A DNA stretch of 64,000 nt, taken from the NCBI GenBank assembly GCA_030621085.1, contig JAUXIJ010000003.1, positions 17,588 through 81,587 on the forward strand. Direction: 5' to 3'. A model generated the notes under the pieces. That model ran no database searches, had not been told where the DNA came from, and saw only the letters and a list, made by a program, of their open reading frames with translations. Positions 47,146 to 56,318 of the stretch are shown here, piece after piece. The position numbers and the translations under genes are program-made. Origin of the DNA: Candidatus Cloacimonadota bacterium (lineage in GTDB: Bacteria > Cloacimonadota > Cloacimonadia > Cloacimonadales > TCS61). Each line of letters begins with the position of its first letter. Within the stretch, counting starts at the first letter, position 1.

Positions 47146-47859
47146 TTAATTATCCAGATCCTCGAACATCCATTCTATTTTGGAGAGCTTGTTACTATCC
47201 AGCGTAAAATTAATGTAATTGGCAAAATTATCCAGGATGATCAGTGCATTCACATTGGCATCTTTACCTTTCATAAAAGATAATCGCTTATAAAACGCCT
47301 GATTTACAGTGTGGATCTCTTTGTAATCGTTCAATAGAGTTTGCAATTCCCAATCTGGTTCCAGTCCTTTTCTTTTACGGAAATACTGTTTCACCAGGTA
47401 CATTGAAACAGCTCTGTAGATCGTCTCTTCGATATTAGCAAAGGGAAGATGAAAACGAACCATTGGCTTTAGTTTATTTAAAATAGGGCAACCCGATGTT
47501 ACCATTATTATTCCCAGCAAGGAACTGACGCCTTTTTGCAGACTGGTTCTTTTGCTGTATTCGCGTTCCTCTGTTTCCAACTGGATATCTACTTCTTCAA
47601 ATGAAGAGGAATCTTTAAAGAATTCTGTAATCTGCACAATATTGGCAGCTACAGGGCAATATTTATGTTCTTCCTTTTTTAAGGTGCAGTTTAAACACTG
47701 ATTAAATTCCAGGTTTGTCCAGGTTGGCAACTTTCCGTAGGGTTCATGGATCAATTCCAGGGTACGTGAATGCAATTTGATGCGAAATTCTTTTTTAGAA
47801 CCATTATCCTGGATGAAATGATAAATGAATTCTAAAAACTCTTTTCTTCCATTCTCCAT
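47146..47859 (-). CDS. Hypothetical protein (no family recognised), tightly coupled to lpxB
   Basis: 237 aa. The stop is 1 nt from the lpxB start. Has a cysteine cluster QCLNCTLKKEEHKYCP and a later SGCP. Composition is coding-like. Confidence 0.6.
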   Translation of the reverse strand: MENGRKEFLEFIYHFIQDNGSKKEFRIKLHSRTLELIHEPYGKLPTWTNLEFNQCLNCTLKKEEHKYCPVAANIVQITEFFKDSSSFEEVDIQLETEEREYSKRTSLQKGVSSLLGIIMVTSGCPILNKLKPMVRFHLPFANIEETIYRAVSMYLVKQYFRKRKGLEPDWELQTLLNDYKEIHTVNQAFYKRLSFMKGKDANVNALIILDNFANYINFTLDSNKLSKIEWMFEDLDN

Positions 47860-47868
47860 AACTCACTC

Positions 47869-49047
47869 CTATAAAAAAAGTATAGATGCTAAGAAAGTAA
47901 GACCCAACCCTATAACGCAGGGGAAAAATGATTTACTAACAAAATCCCTGTAACTCGTTTTGAAATATTCCACAGAAACAGATACACAGGGATGAACCGG
48001 TGATATCATATAACCAATATATACGGCAACGTACATTATAGCAAAACTTAAAGCTGTCAATTCCGAACTTCCAAACTTAACCAGAAAAATGGGAACTAAA
48101 ATAAAAATTGGAAGTTGAACTCGCCCCGTAACAAAACCTAAAAAGCCGCCCACAAACACTATCAGGAATGATCTGGAAATATTTATTTTTGAAATCTCTT
48201 CCGATACATTAGAAGCCTTGAATACATGCAGAAATAAGAATACTCCAATTATAATGAGAAAATATTTCCATGGCTTCATTTTGGTTAAAATACCTTTTAT
48301 GTTTTTTGTTTGCAGTTTGCCAACAAAATATGTAAGGATCAAACTGGTGGATATACCAATTAGCAGAGATATTTCATCCATAATACCCGAATTAGAAAGA
48401 ATTATGTGAATGAAAGGGGCAATGACGATAATAAGTAGGGGCGGGGTCATTTTTCTAAGATCGATCTTCTTTTCTGACGGCATATTTCCATGAATGTTAA
48501 ATAAGAAAAAGAAATATCCTAATAAAAACAGAACAGCAAAGGCTGGAAGAATAAACAATATAATGGTATAAATATCCAAATTCGCCATTTTGGAGCAGGG
48601 AAGAAGAGCTCCCAGCGGATAGATCAATATCAGGATGTGACGAAACCATACATTAATTGCAGTATATGTAGAAGGGGTAATATCATCACCGGCTTTGCTT
48701 AACATAGGTGCAGAAAGCAACGCTCCGCCGGGAATGGGAAGCAGTCCCATTAAGGCTGGTGAAAACCCCAGGAAAACCCGCCTTTTCATCTGCAGGTTGT
48801 CCACCAGGTCTGCCAGAAGACCAGATACCTGCAATCCTCCACCGATCATAGGGATCAATCCAACTGCCAATGCTAGAAGTAAAATAGCCGGGTCTGTAAT
48901 AGTGGAAATGATCAGTGATAAAAACTCTGTTAGATCCAGGTTGAATATGCCTAGTACAAACGCACTCACGATCAGTGCCAGCCACAGGCTTTTCCTGGCA
49001 ATAAAAAGCAGTAAAACAAGCGCCAATAGAAAACTGAACCAAACCAT
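47869..49047 (-). CDS. Polytopic integral membrane protein (possibly DUF401 family)
   Basis: 392 aa, hydrophobic throughout with many predicted TM segments. The family assignment comes from memory of DUF401-like sequences and is tentative. Confidence 0.6.
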   Translation of the reverse strand: MVWFSFLLALVLLLFIARKSLWLALIVSAFVLGIFNLDLTEFLSLIISTITDPAILLLALAVGLIPMIGGGLQVSGLLADLVDNLQMKRRVFLGFSPALMGLLPIPGGALLSAPMLSKAGDDITPSTYTAINVWFRHILILIYPLGALLPCSKMANLDIYTIILFILPAFAVLFLLGYFFFLFNIHGNMPSEKKIDLRKMTPPLLIIVIAPFIHIILSNSGIMDEISLLIGISTSLILTYFVGKLQTKNIKGILTKMKPWKYFLIIIGVFLFLHVFKASNVSEEISKINISRSFLIVFVGGFLGFVTGRVQLPIFILVPIFLVKFGSSELTALSFAIMYVAVYIGYMISPVHPCVSVSVEYFKTSYRDFVSKSFFPCVIGLGLTFLASILFL

Positions 49048-49461
49048 CTAATCTATCCTCAAGATCGCAGTTCTATTACGTGGACCATCAAATTCGCAGA
49101 AATATATTCCCTGCCAGGTTCCCAGAAGTAAACTGCCATCTGTAATGAAAATATCTTGTGAACAACCAATTATCGAACTTTTTACATGTGCATCTGAATT
49201 GCCTTCCAGGTGATGGTATTCGGGCAGTTTGGGCACAAGTTTATTCAGGGTAAATGTAATATCACTTTGCACAGTGGGATCGGCGTTTTCGTTGATGGTA
49301 ACTGCTGCTGTGGTATGTGGTATGAAAATAGTGATTTTACCATCGTTAACACCGGATTTCCGCACGAATGCTAATATCTCACCGGTTATGTCTATCAGTT
49401 CTTCCCGCCTGGAAGTACGAACAGTGATCTTCTTTGTTTTCATCTTACTTCTCCCATTCAT
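49048..49461 (-). CDS. yjbQ: YjbQ/UPF0047 family protein (secondary thiamine-phosphate synthase-like)
   Basis: 137 aa. Contains IFIPHTTAAVTINENADP, GNSDAHVKSS and GTWQGIYFCEFDGPR. The real start may be Met7 (49443). Confidence 0.85.
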   Translation of the reverse strand: MNGRSKMKTKKITVRTSRREELIDITGEILAFVRKSGVNDGKITIFIPHTTAAVTINENADPTVQSDITFTLNKLVPKLPEYHHLEGNSDAHVKSSIIGCSQDIFITDGSLLLGTWQGIYFCEFDGPRNRTAILRID

Positions 49462-49575
49462 TCGAATTTCGAAATTCAGGAATGATATAATTATGTCAAA
49501 TTTTTATCTTTTTTATTTTTCTTGACGGAATAATTCTTTTTTAACCTCTTATACAGGATTCTATCAGGAGGGAAA

Positions 49576-49971
49576 ATGAAGAAACTACACTTATCGGATA
49601 AAGATAAAATAATTGCCGGTGTTTGTGGCGGTCTGGCGGAAAGTACTGGCATAAAAGCAAACATATTGCGGTTGATATTTGTGATATCCTTATTTTTTAG
49701 TTTTTCCGGTGGTTGGCTCTATTTGCTTTTGTTTATAGTTCTTCCCGGGAAGATCGATGAATCGGAAATTATCGATATCGAAATAGAAGAAGACAAAATA
49801 AAACGTTGTTGGAAGAAAAGGATGATAGCAGGCGTCTGCTGCGGAATTGCCAATTACCTGGGCTGGGACGTTAGCCTGGTGCGGATCGCTTTTGTGGCGA
49901 TGTCATTTGTAGCAGGAGTGGGAATAGTTTTATATATGCTTTTCTGGTTTCTATTTCCCAATGAAGAATAG
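49576..49971 (+). CDS. PspC-domain membrane protein (two PspC-like repeats)
   Basis: 131 aa. IIAGVCGGLAESTGIKANILRLIFVI and MIAGVCCGIANYLGWDVSLVRIAFV are each followed by a TM helix. Confidence 0.8.
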   Translation: MKKLHLSDKDKIIAGVCGGLAESTGIKANILRLIFVISLFFSFSGGWLYLLLFIVLPGKIDESEIIDIEIEEDKIKRCWKKRMIAGVCCGIANYLGWDVSLVRIAFVAMSFVAGVGIVLYMLFWFLFPNEE

Positions 49972-49983
49972 AAGGAGAATAAA

Positions 49984-50163
49984 ATGCCGATAGTTACATT
50001 AGAAAATGCTGGAGATCTTTCCAAAGAACAAAAATTACAGCTTATCAGGAAATTGACAGATGTAGTTGTGGAAGTGACTCATAAACCCGAAAGTGCTGTT
50101 TATGTGCGCATCGATGAAGTTCCACGTGAGAACTTTGGAGTGGGCGGGAAGAGTTTAGGCTAA
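49984..50163 (+). CDS. 4-oxalocrotonate tautomerase family protein
   Basis: 59 aa, just below the track cutoff. My translation is MPIVTLENAGDLSKEQKLQLIRKLTDVVVEVTHKPESAVYVRIDEVPRENFGVGGKSLG. Pro1 after Met and the beta-alpha-beta pattern are typical of the family. Confidence 0.7.
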   Translation: MPIVTLENAGDLSKEQKLQLIRKLTDVVVEVTHKPESAVYVRIDEVPRENFGVGGKSLG

Positions 50164-50177
50164 AATAATTACGATTA

Positions 50178-50295
50178 CCTTGCGGATGGTTGAAAAATCT
50201 GCTTACGGCAGATAAACCAGCCAAAGGCAGATAAATCTCCGCAATGGTAATTTGCTCATAATCAACCATTGCGAAGGTCAAGACCATTCGCAAGG
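50178..50295 (+). promoter_or_regulatory. Structured leader / operator-like region upstream of the first 987-aa gene
   Basis: Nested inverted repeats. ccttgcggatggt (50178-50190) pairs with accattcgcaagg (50283-50295). cgcaatggt (50240-50248) pairs with accattgcg (50265-50273). An alternative pairing is atggttga (50186-50193) with tcaaccat (50262-50269). There is a direct repeat ggcagataaa at 50207 and 50226. The SD GGAGG lies at 50304. Confidence 0.35.
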
Positions 50296-50312
50296 TTTCA
50301 GATGGAGGAAAA

Positions 50313-53276
50313 ATGAAACTCTGGAAAATGTTATTTATACTTATGTTGTTCACACCGCTTTTTTCACAATTCAACCAGCCAGTACAGGTGAATGAAGATA
50401 TGAATGAAGTTTTCTACCGCGGCAGCCGCGCCTGTAAAGTGATTGGAGATGAGGTTTTTATGGCGTTTGTGGAAATCTATCCGGGAAATGTTTATTTTGC
50501 TCATTCACAAAATGGAGAGGATTTTACCTACACGCTGGTTGATGAAGATATTCCTCATTATTTTGATCTGAGAAATAATACTCAACCTTGCCTGGAAGTG
50601 CTACCCACAGGTGAAATAGTGATCTTCTACCTGAAAGAAAGTAATATGACCACATTTTATAAAGCTGTTTCCAATGATGGGGGACAGACGTTTGTCTGTG
50701 ACAGTCTGTTAAGTGATATATCGGGCTTCTCTTCTACAACGGTGGATGACAAAATATATCTCTGCTATCAGCAGGGGTCTTCTACAACTCTATCTTATTT
50801 TCAACATTTCACAGATATTGAAAAATCTGAGAATGCAGATGGTGGAACTAATGCTGGTATGGTAAGTTTCTGGGGACCGGACGTACTATATGGTCCGGTT
50901 CATTCCAATGACGATATCTGGGTTTTTAATGCTGGTGGCGGTATCAATGGCGGTTGGCCCACTTTCTACGGTTTTGTTTCAACTGCAGGAATATTCAGGA
51001 ATAGGAGTAATGGTGGGGCTCCACTTTCACAGGCATTGAAGGAACAAATATTTCAGGGTGGCTGGGCAGAAGAAGTACCTCCTTATAGTTTTGATCCTTC
51101 GGCGGACCTGATAATGCAAAATGGAATACCTCTTGGTGATCCTTCCACTGATATTGTTTATGTTAAATTATGCGGAAACAGTTTTGTTTCCATGTATGGT
51201 AATATTGTAGAAACAGGGGTTGAAGAGTTCGATGTTTATAGCTGGTTTCCTCATGATGCGGCTACTGCCAATGCAGTAATAAGTAACGGTGGTAACTGGT
51301 TTGAAGATGCTGATCATATCTGGACGAATTCCATTACAATGTATGACACTATCTGGACTGTTGGTCTATCCATAGCTATCAATAATCTATCCGTTTGGGT
51401 GAATTGTGAACTATGGATAGAGGGACAAGTAAATGGTGCAATTACTTTTGGTTGTGCTGATACAGTTTACATTGTTGGTGATATAACCTACACAAATACT
51501 TCTCCCGGTCAACCACCTGATGATCCTGATAATCCGAATTTAACCGATTACTTTGGACTTGTTTCCGAAAAAAGGATCTATATCAAATACAAGCATCGCG
51601 ATCCATTTAATAACATGGAACTACGTGATGATAACTGTAACGATGTGATGCTTTACGGGGCTTATGCTGCCATTGGCATAGGAGATACACTAATTTATGG
51701 CGATCTTGCCTGCCATTATGATGGCATATTCTCTTTTGAATACCAGCATCCGCACGGCTCTACGCCTGATTTCACAGCGATGAGTCCCTACACATTTCAA
51801 GATACAACTTATACTTTTATAGATTTTCATAAATACATCTTTCCCATTACTCCGAATATACCACCCAATATACAAGGTTTTGCACTACATGGAAATTTAC
51901 CGGTAGCGCCTAACGGAACCTGCGGTTTTCCTTATGAAGATCCTGGTTATTTAAACAGTTATCCGAATAATAATCCTTACAATTATAATGATCCATATGG
52001 AACCGATTATCCTTGGTACAATCCTGTGTGGCCGGAATCTTCCGTTGATATTGTGTTTGAACGGGGGACAATCACAACATTTGGTTCGATAGCGCAGAGA
52101 CGCCGTGGTTATGTACACCGCTCGGGAACTGATCTGTACAACCATCCCGATAATGAATGGGATCTGGAGAACTTCCATTATGATGGAACCCACCCTTCAA
52201 CCGGTTATTATAAAGATTATTATTATGATTCTCGTTTCCTGGAAACTACACCACCTTATTATCCGGCTTCCAATCCAAATAGTGAAGAGCCGAAAATTGT
52301 GATAACAGTATCGGAAGATGCTGGCGTAACCTTCATTCAACAACAGGAATGGCTATTAGAAAATTTAATGACACAGCGTCTGCCGATTGCATCCCAGGAT
52401 GATATTGTAGCTGTTGCTTATCAGCAATTGTTGAACTTCATTAACTTGCATTATTCTATAGATAATGGTAATACATTTACTGTGTATGTAATATACGATC
52501 TACTGGCTCAATCATTGCAAGATATTCAAATATATAATGATGAGATATACATTTTCGCAAAAGGCAGCACGAATGAATGTGTTTACAAATTTGATCCGTA
52601 TAGTTCTGATTTGATCACTTTATTTGAATTTGACTCTATTAATCACCTTTCCGATTTTGCTATTGGAAATGAAGGTGGCAAAGTATATGTAGCTATCGAA
52701 GAACCATATACATATCCATGTTCTTTCAAGTTTCAATATACATCAGATGATCCGTATGTAATGAGTGAAGAATATATCTGGCAAACTCCGTTTAATGTTA
52801 TGAATCCCTTGAAGTCTGTATTGGCAATAAACTTCGATGAGCAGGATTCTGTGTTCGTCAGTTTCCTGAATGTTGTTAGTTCGTATGACGATTGTGGTGA
52901 TCTATATCTTGCCAAAGGCAGTCTTCCGGAATTAGTGGAAACCGAAGAAAATGAAATAGTGAAACCCAGCTACAGCTTGAATATCTATCCCAATCCGTTT
53001 AATCCTTCAACTACAATTTCGTTTAGTCTCATCGCAGAAAGCGCAGAGAACGCCGAGATTGAAATCTATAATATTAAAGGTCAAAAAGTGAGGACTTTGT
53101 TCCCGTGCTTGTGTCATCCTGAGCTTGTCGAAGGACAAGGGACAAATAATCAATATTCCATAGTCTGGAATGGAACAGATGATTCAGGAAAAATGGTTGG
53201 TTCCGGCATCTACTTCTGCCGTTTGAAAGTGAATGAAAAAAGCAAAGCTGTGAAAAAGATGGTGTTGGTAAAATAA
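50313..53276 (+). CDS. Secreted 987-aa protein with BNR/Asp-box motifs and T9SS C-terminal sorting domain (paralog A)
   Basis: Signal peptide MKLWKMLFILMLFTPLFSQ. Asp-boxes VSNDGGQTF and SIDNGNTF. C-terminus YPNPFNPSTTISFSL...IYNIKGQKV...WNGTDDSGKMVGSGIYFCRLKV is a T9SS type A/FlgD-Ig-like sorting domain. Confidence 0.8.
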   Translation: MKLWKMLFILMLFTPLFSQFNQPVQVNEDMNEVFYRGSRACKVIGDEVFMAFVEIYPGNVYFAHSQNGEDFTYTLVDEDIPHYFDLRNNTQPCLEVLPTGEIVIFYLKESNMTTFYKAVSNDGGQTFVCDSLLSDISGFSSTTVDDKIYLCYQQGSSTTLSYFQHFTDIEKSENADGGTNAGMVSFWGPDVLYGPVHSNDDIWVFNAGGGINGGWPTFYGFVSTAGIFRNRSNGGAPLSQALKEQIFQGGWAEEVPPYSFDPSADLIMQNGIPLGDPSTDIVYVKLCGNSFVSMYGNIVETGVEEFDVYSWFPHDAATANAVISNGGNWFEDADHIWTNSITMYDTIWTVGLSIAINNLSVWVNCELWIEGQVNGAITFGCADTVYIVGDITYTNTSPGQPPDDPDNPNLTDYFGLVSEKRIYIKYKHRDPFNNMELRDDNCNDVMLYGAYAAIGIGDTLIYGDLACHYDGIFSFEYQHPHGSTPDFTAMSPYTFQDTTYTFIDFHKYIFPITPNIPPNIQGFALHGNLPVAPNGTCGFPYEDPGYLNSYPNNNPYNYNDPYGTDYPWYNPVWPESSVDIVFERGTITTFGSIAQRRRGYVHRSGTDLYNHPDNEWDLENFHYDGTHPSTGYYKDYYYDSRFLETTPPYYPASNPNSEEPKIVITVSEDAGVTFIQQQEWLLENLMTQRLPIASQDDIVAVAYQQLLNFINLHYSIDNGNTFTVYVIYDLLAQSLQDIQIYNDEIYIFAKGSTNECVYKFDPYSSDLITLFEFDSINHLSDFAIGNEGGKVYVAIEEPYTYPCSFKFQYTSDDPYVMSEEYIWQTPFNVMNPLKSVLAINFDEQDSVFVSFLNVVSSYDDCGDLYLAKGSLPELVETEENEIVKPSYSLNIYPNPFNPSTTISFSLIAESAENAEIEIYNIKGQKVRTLFPCLCHPELVEGQGTNNQYSIVWNGTDDSGKMVGSGIYFCRLKVNEKSKAVKKMVLVK

Positions 53277-53345
53277 ATTCAGGTTGAACTCGACTCGTAT
53301 TCCTGTTAGTTATTGTGAGTCGGGTCTTACTGATCAGGAGGAAAA

Positions 53346-56309
53346 ATGAAACTCTGGAAAATGCTGTTTATACTTATATTATTCACACCGCTTTTTTCAC
53401 AATTCAACCAGCCGGTACAGGTGAATGAAGATATGAGTAGCGTTTATTACCGCGGCAGCCGTGCCTGCAAAGTAATTGGAGATGAGGTTTTCATGACGTT
53501 TGTGGAAACCTATTTTGAGAATATTTATTTTGCTCATTCACCAGATGGAGAGGATTTTACCTACACGCTGGTTGATGTAGGCATTCCTCATTATTTTGAT
53601 CTGAGAAATAATACCCAACCCTGCCTGGAAGTTCTACCCACCGGCGAAATAGTGATCTTCTACGTGAAGGAAGATTATACATTTTATGAAGCAATTTCCG
53701 ATAATGGGGGACAGACGTTTGTTTGTGACAGTCTATTAAACGATATATCGGGTTTCTCTTCTACAACGGTTGATGACAAAATATATCTCTGCTATCAGCA
53801 GGGATCATCTGTAGCTCTAGCTAATTTTCAGTATTTTACAGATATTGAAAAATCTGAGAATGCAGATGGTGGCTCTGCTGCTGGTATGTTAAAATTCTGT
53901 GGATGGGATATACTATATGGACCGGTTCATTCCAATGACGATATCTGGATACAAAATGCTGGTGGTGGTATTAATCAAGGATGGCCTACGTTCTACGGTT
54001 TTGTTTCAACTGCAGGAATATTTAGGAATTATAATCAAGGTGGAGCTCCGCTTTCTCTGGCATTGAAGGAGCAAATATTTCTAGGTGGCTGGGCTGAAGA
54101 AGTACCTCCTTATAGTTTTGATCCTTCAGCAGAACTGATAATTCAAAATGGAATTCCGCTTGGAACTCCGGAAACAGATATTGTTTATATTAAGTTAGAT
54201 GGAAACAGTTTTGTTTCCATGTATGGTGATATTGTGGAAACAGGTGTGGATACTTTTGCCGTGTATAGTTGGTTTCCACATGACCCAGCTACAGCCAATG
54301 CAATAATAAATTACGGTGGAAACTGGTTCGAAGATGCCGATAATATCTGGACGAATCAAATTACAATGTATGATACGATCTGGACTGTCGGTCAATCCAT
54401 AGCTATAAATAGTCAATCTTTTTGGGTAGGAGATGCTCAACTCTGGATAGAAGGAGAAATTGATGGTGCAACTACTTTCGGTTGTTCCGATACGATTTAT
54501 ATTGTGGGAGATATTACTTATTCAAATACTAATCCCGGTGATCCACCGGATGATCCTGATAATCCGAATTTAACCGATTATTTCGGACTTGTTTCTGAAA
54601 AAAGGATCTATATCAAATACAAGCACCGCGATCCGTTTAATAACATGGAACTACGTGACGATAACTGCACTGATGTGATGCTTTACGGGGCTTATGCTGC
54701 CATTGGCATAGGAGATACACTGATTTATGGTAATCTAGCTTGCCATTATGACGGCATATTCTCTTTTGAATACCAGCATCCGCATGGCTCCACGCCCGAT
54801 TTCTACGCTCCAAGTCCGTATTACCCTTATAACGATACATTATATACATATATAGATTTTCATAAATTTATCTTTCCTGAAAATCCTAATATACCACCCA
54901 ATATACAAGGTTTTGCACTACATGGAAATTTACCGGTAGCGCCTAACGGAACCTGCGGTTTTCCGTATGAAGCTCCCGGATATTTAAACAGTTATCCGAA
55001 TAATAATTCTGCGGATTATATTTATCCATATGGCACAGATTATCCTAGGTATAATCCTGTGTGGCCGGAATCTTCTGATGATTTTGTGTATGAAAGAGGA
55101 ACTATTATAATATTTGGTTCGATAGCGCAGAGAAGGCGTGGTTATGTGCACCGTTCGGGAAGTGATCCGTACAATCATCCCGTTTATGGTGAACCTAATG
55201 AATGGGATCTGGAGAACTTCCATTACGATGGGACCCACCCTTCAATCGGTTATTATAAAGATTATCATTATGATTCTCGTTTCCTGGAAACAACCCCACC
55301 TTATTATCCGGTTTCCAATCCAAATGGTGAAGAACCAAAAATCGTGATAACCCTATCGGAAGATGCTGGTGCAACCTTTATACAACAACAGGAGTGGCTA
55401 TTAGAATATTTAATGACACAGCATCTGCCAATTGCATCGCAGGATGATATTGTAGCTGTTGCTTATCAGCAACATCTGACCTCTATACATTTGAATTACT
55501 CTTTAGATAATGGTAATACATTTACTGCTTATGTGATAGACGATCTTCCCAATCAATCATTGCACGATCTTCAAATATATGATGATGAGATATACATCTT
55601 CGCAAAAGGCAGCACGAATGAATATGTTTACAAATTTGATCCGTATATTTCTGATTTGATCACTTTATTTGAATTTAACTTTAATTATTACCTTTCCGAT
55701 TTTACCATTAGCAATGAAGGTGGTAAAGTATATGTAGCTATCGAAGAACCATTCACATATCCATATTCATTCAAGTTTCAATATACATCAGATGATCCGT
55801 ATGTACTCAGCGAAGAATATATCTGGCAAACTCCGTTTAATATAAATAATCCTACACGATCTATTGTGGCAATAAACTTCAATGAGCAGGATTCTGTGTT
55901 CGTAAGCTTCCTGAATGCAACTAACTGGAATCACAATTATGGCAATTTATATTTTGGCAAAGGCAGTCTTCCGGAATTAGTGGAAATCGAAGAGAATGAA
56001 ATAGTAAAACCTATCTACAGCTTGAATATCTATCCCAATCCGTTTAATCCTTCAACTACAATTTCGTTTAGTCTCACCGTAGAGGACGTCAAGAACGCAG
56101 AGACTTGTCCGTCGTGGATTGAAATCTATAATATTAAAGGACAGAAAGTGAAACGATTGAGAATTGGAAATTCTGAATTGAAAATTGGGCAAGTAGTCTG
56201 GAATGGAACAGATGATTCAGGAAAAATGGTTAGTTCCGGTATCTATTTCTGCCGTTTGAAAGTGAACAGTAAAAGCAAAGCTGTGAAAAAGATGGTGTTG
56301 GTAAAATAA
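53346..56309 (+). CDS. Secreted 987-aa protein with BNR/Asp-box motifs and T9SS C-terminal sorting domain (paralog B)
   Basis: Collinear with 50313-53276. The signal peptide is near-identical, and the text shows long identical stretches (e.g. NLTDYFGLVSEKRIYIKYKHRDPFNNMELRDDNC). Confidence 0.8.
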   Translation: MKLWKMLFILILFTPLFSQFNQPVQVNEDMSSVYYRGSRACKVIGDEVFMTFVETYFENIYFAHSPDGEDFTYTLVDVGIPHYFDLRNNTQPCLEVLPTGEIVIFYVKEDYTFYEAISDNGGQTFVCDSLLNDISGFSSTTVDDKIYLCYQQGSSVALANFQYFTDIEKSENADGGSAAGMLKFCGWDILYGPVHSNDDIWIQNAGGGINQGWPTFYGFVSTAGIFRNYNQGGAPLSLALKEQIFLGGWAEEVPPYSFDPSAELIIQNGIPLGTPETDIVYIKLDGNSFVSMYGDIVETGVDTFAVYSWFPHDPATANAIINYGGNWFEDADNIWTNQITMYDTIWTVGQSIAINSQSFWVGDAQLWIEGEIDGATTFGCSDTIYIVGDITYSNTNPGDPPDDPDNPNLTDYFGLVSEKRIYIKYKHRDPFNNMELRDDNCTDVMLYGAYAAIGIGDTLIYGNLACHYDGIFSFEYQHPHGSTPDFYAPSPYYPYNDTLYTYIDFHKFIFPENPNIPPNIQGFALHGNLPVAPNGTCGFPYEAPGYLNSYPNNNSADYIYPYGTDYPRYNPVWPESSDDFVYERGTIIIFGSIAQRRRGYVHRSGSDPYNHPVYGEPNEWDLENFHYDGTHPSIGYYKDYHYDSRFLETTPPYYPVSNPNGEEPKIVITLSEDAGATFIQQQEWLLEYLMTQHLPIASQDDIVAVAYQQHLTSIHLNYSLDNGNTFTAYVIDDLPNQSLHDLQIYDDEIYIFAKGSTNEYVYKFDPYISDLITLFEFNFNYYLSDFTISNEGGKVYVAIEEPFTYPYSFKFQYTSDDPYVLSEEYIWQTPFNINNPTRSIVAINFNEQDSVFVSFLNATNWNHNYGNLYFGKGSLPELVEIEENEIVKPIYSLNIYPNPFNPSTTISFSLTVEDVKNAETCPSWIEIYNIKGQKVKRLRIGNSELKIGQVVWNGTDDSGKMVSSGIYFCRLKVNSKSKAVKKMVLVK

Positions 56310-56318
56310 ATTTTTGGA

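Noticed and set aside
48686-49051. Region where three frames are open at once (track ORFs 48686-49042 minus, 48695-49051 plus, and the 392-aa membrane protein)
   Set aside because: I considered overlapping genes. This stretch looks locally GC-richer, which reduces stop codons. The alternative frames give R/G/P-rich, non-protein-like sequences with no RBS. The membrane-protein frame is continuous and hydrophobic.
49462-49575. The minus-to-plus strand switch of all genes at about 49.5 kb as a replication origin
   Set aside because: The divergent spacer is only 114 nt. I found no cluster of DnaA-box-like sequences there, and there is no dnaA or dnaN nearby. GC-skew cannot be evaluated reliably by eye, so this is more likely just divergent operons.
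50045-50374. 109-aa minus-strand ORF from the track
   Set aside because: It overlaps the plus-strand tautomerase-family gene (49984-50163), the structured leader and the start of the 987-aa gene. It has no RBS and no recognisable motifs.
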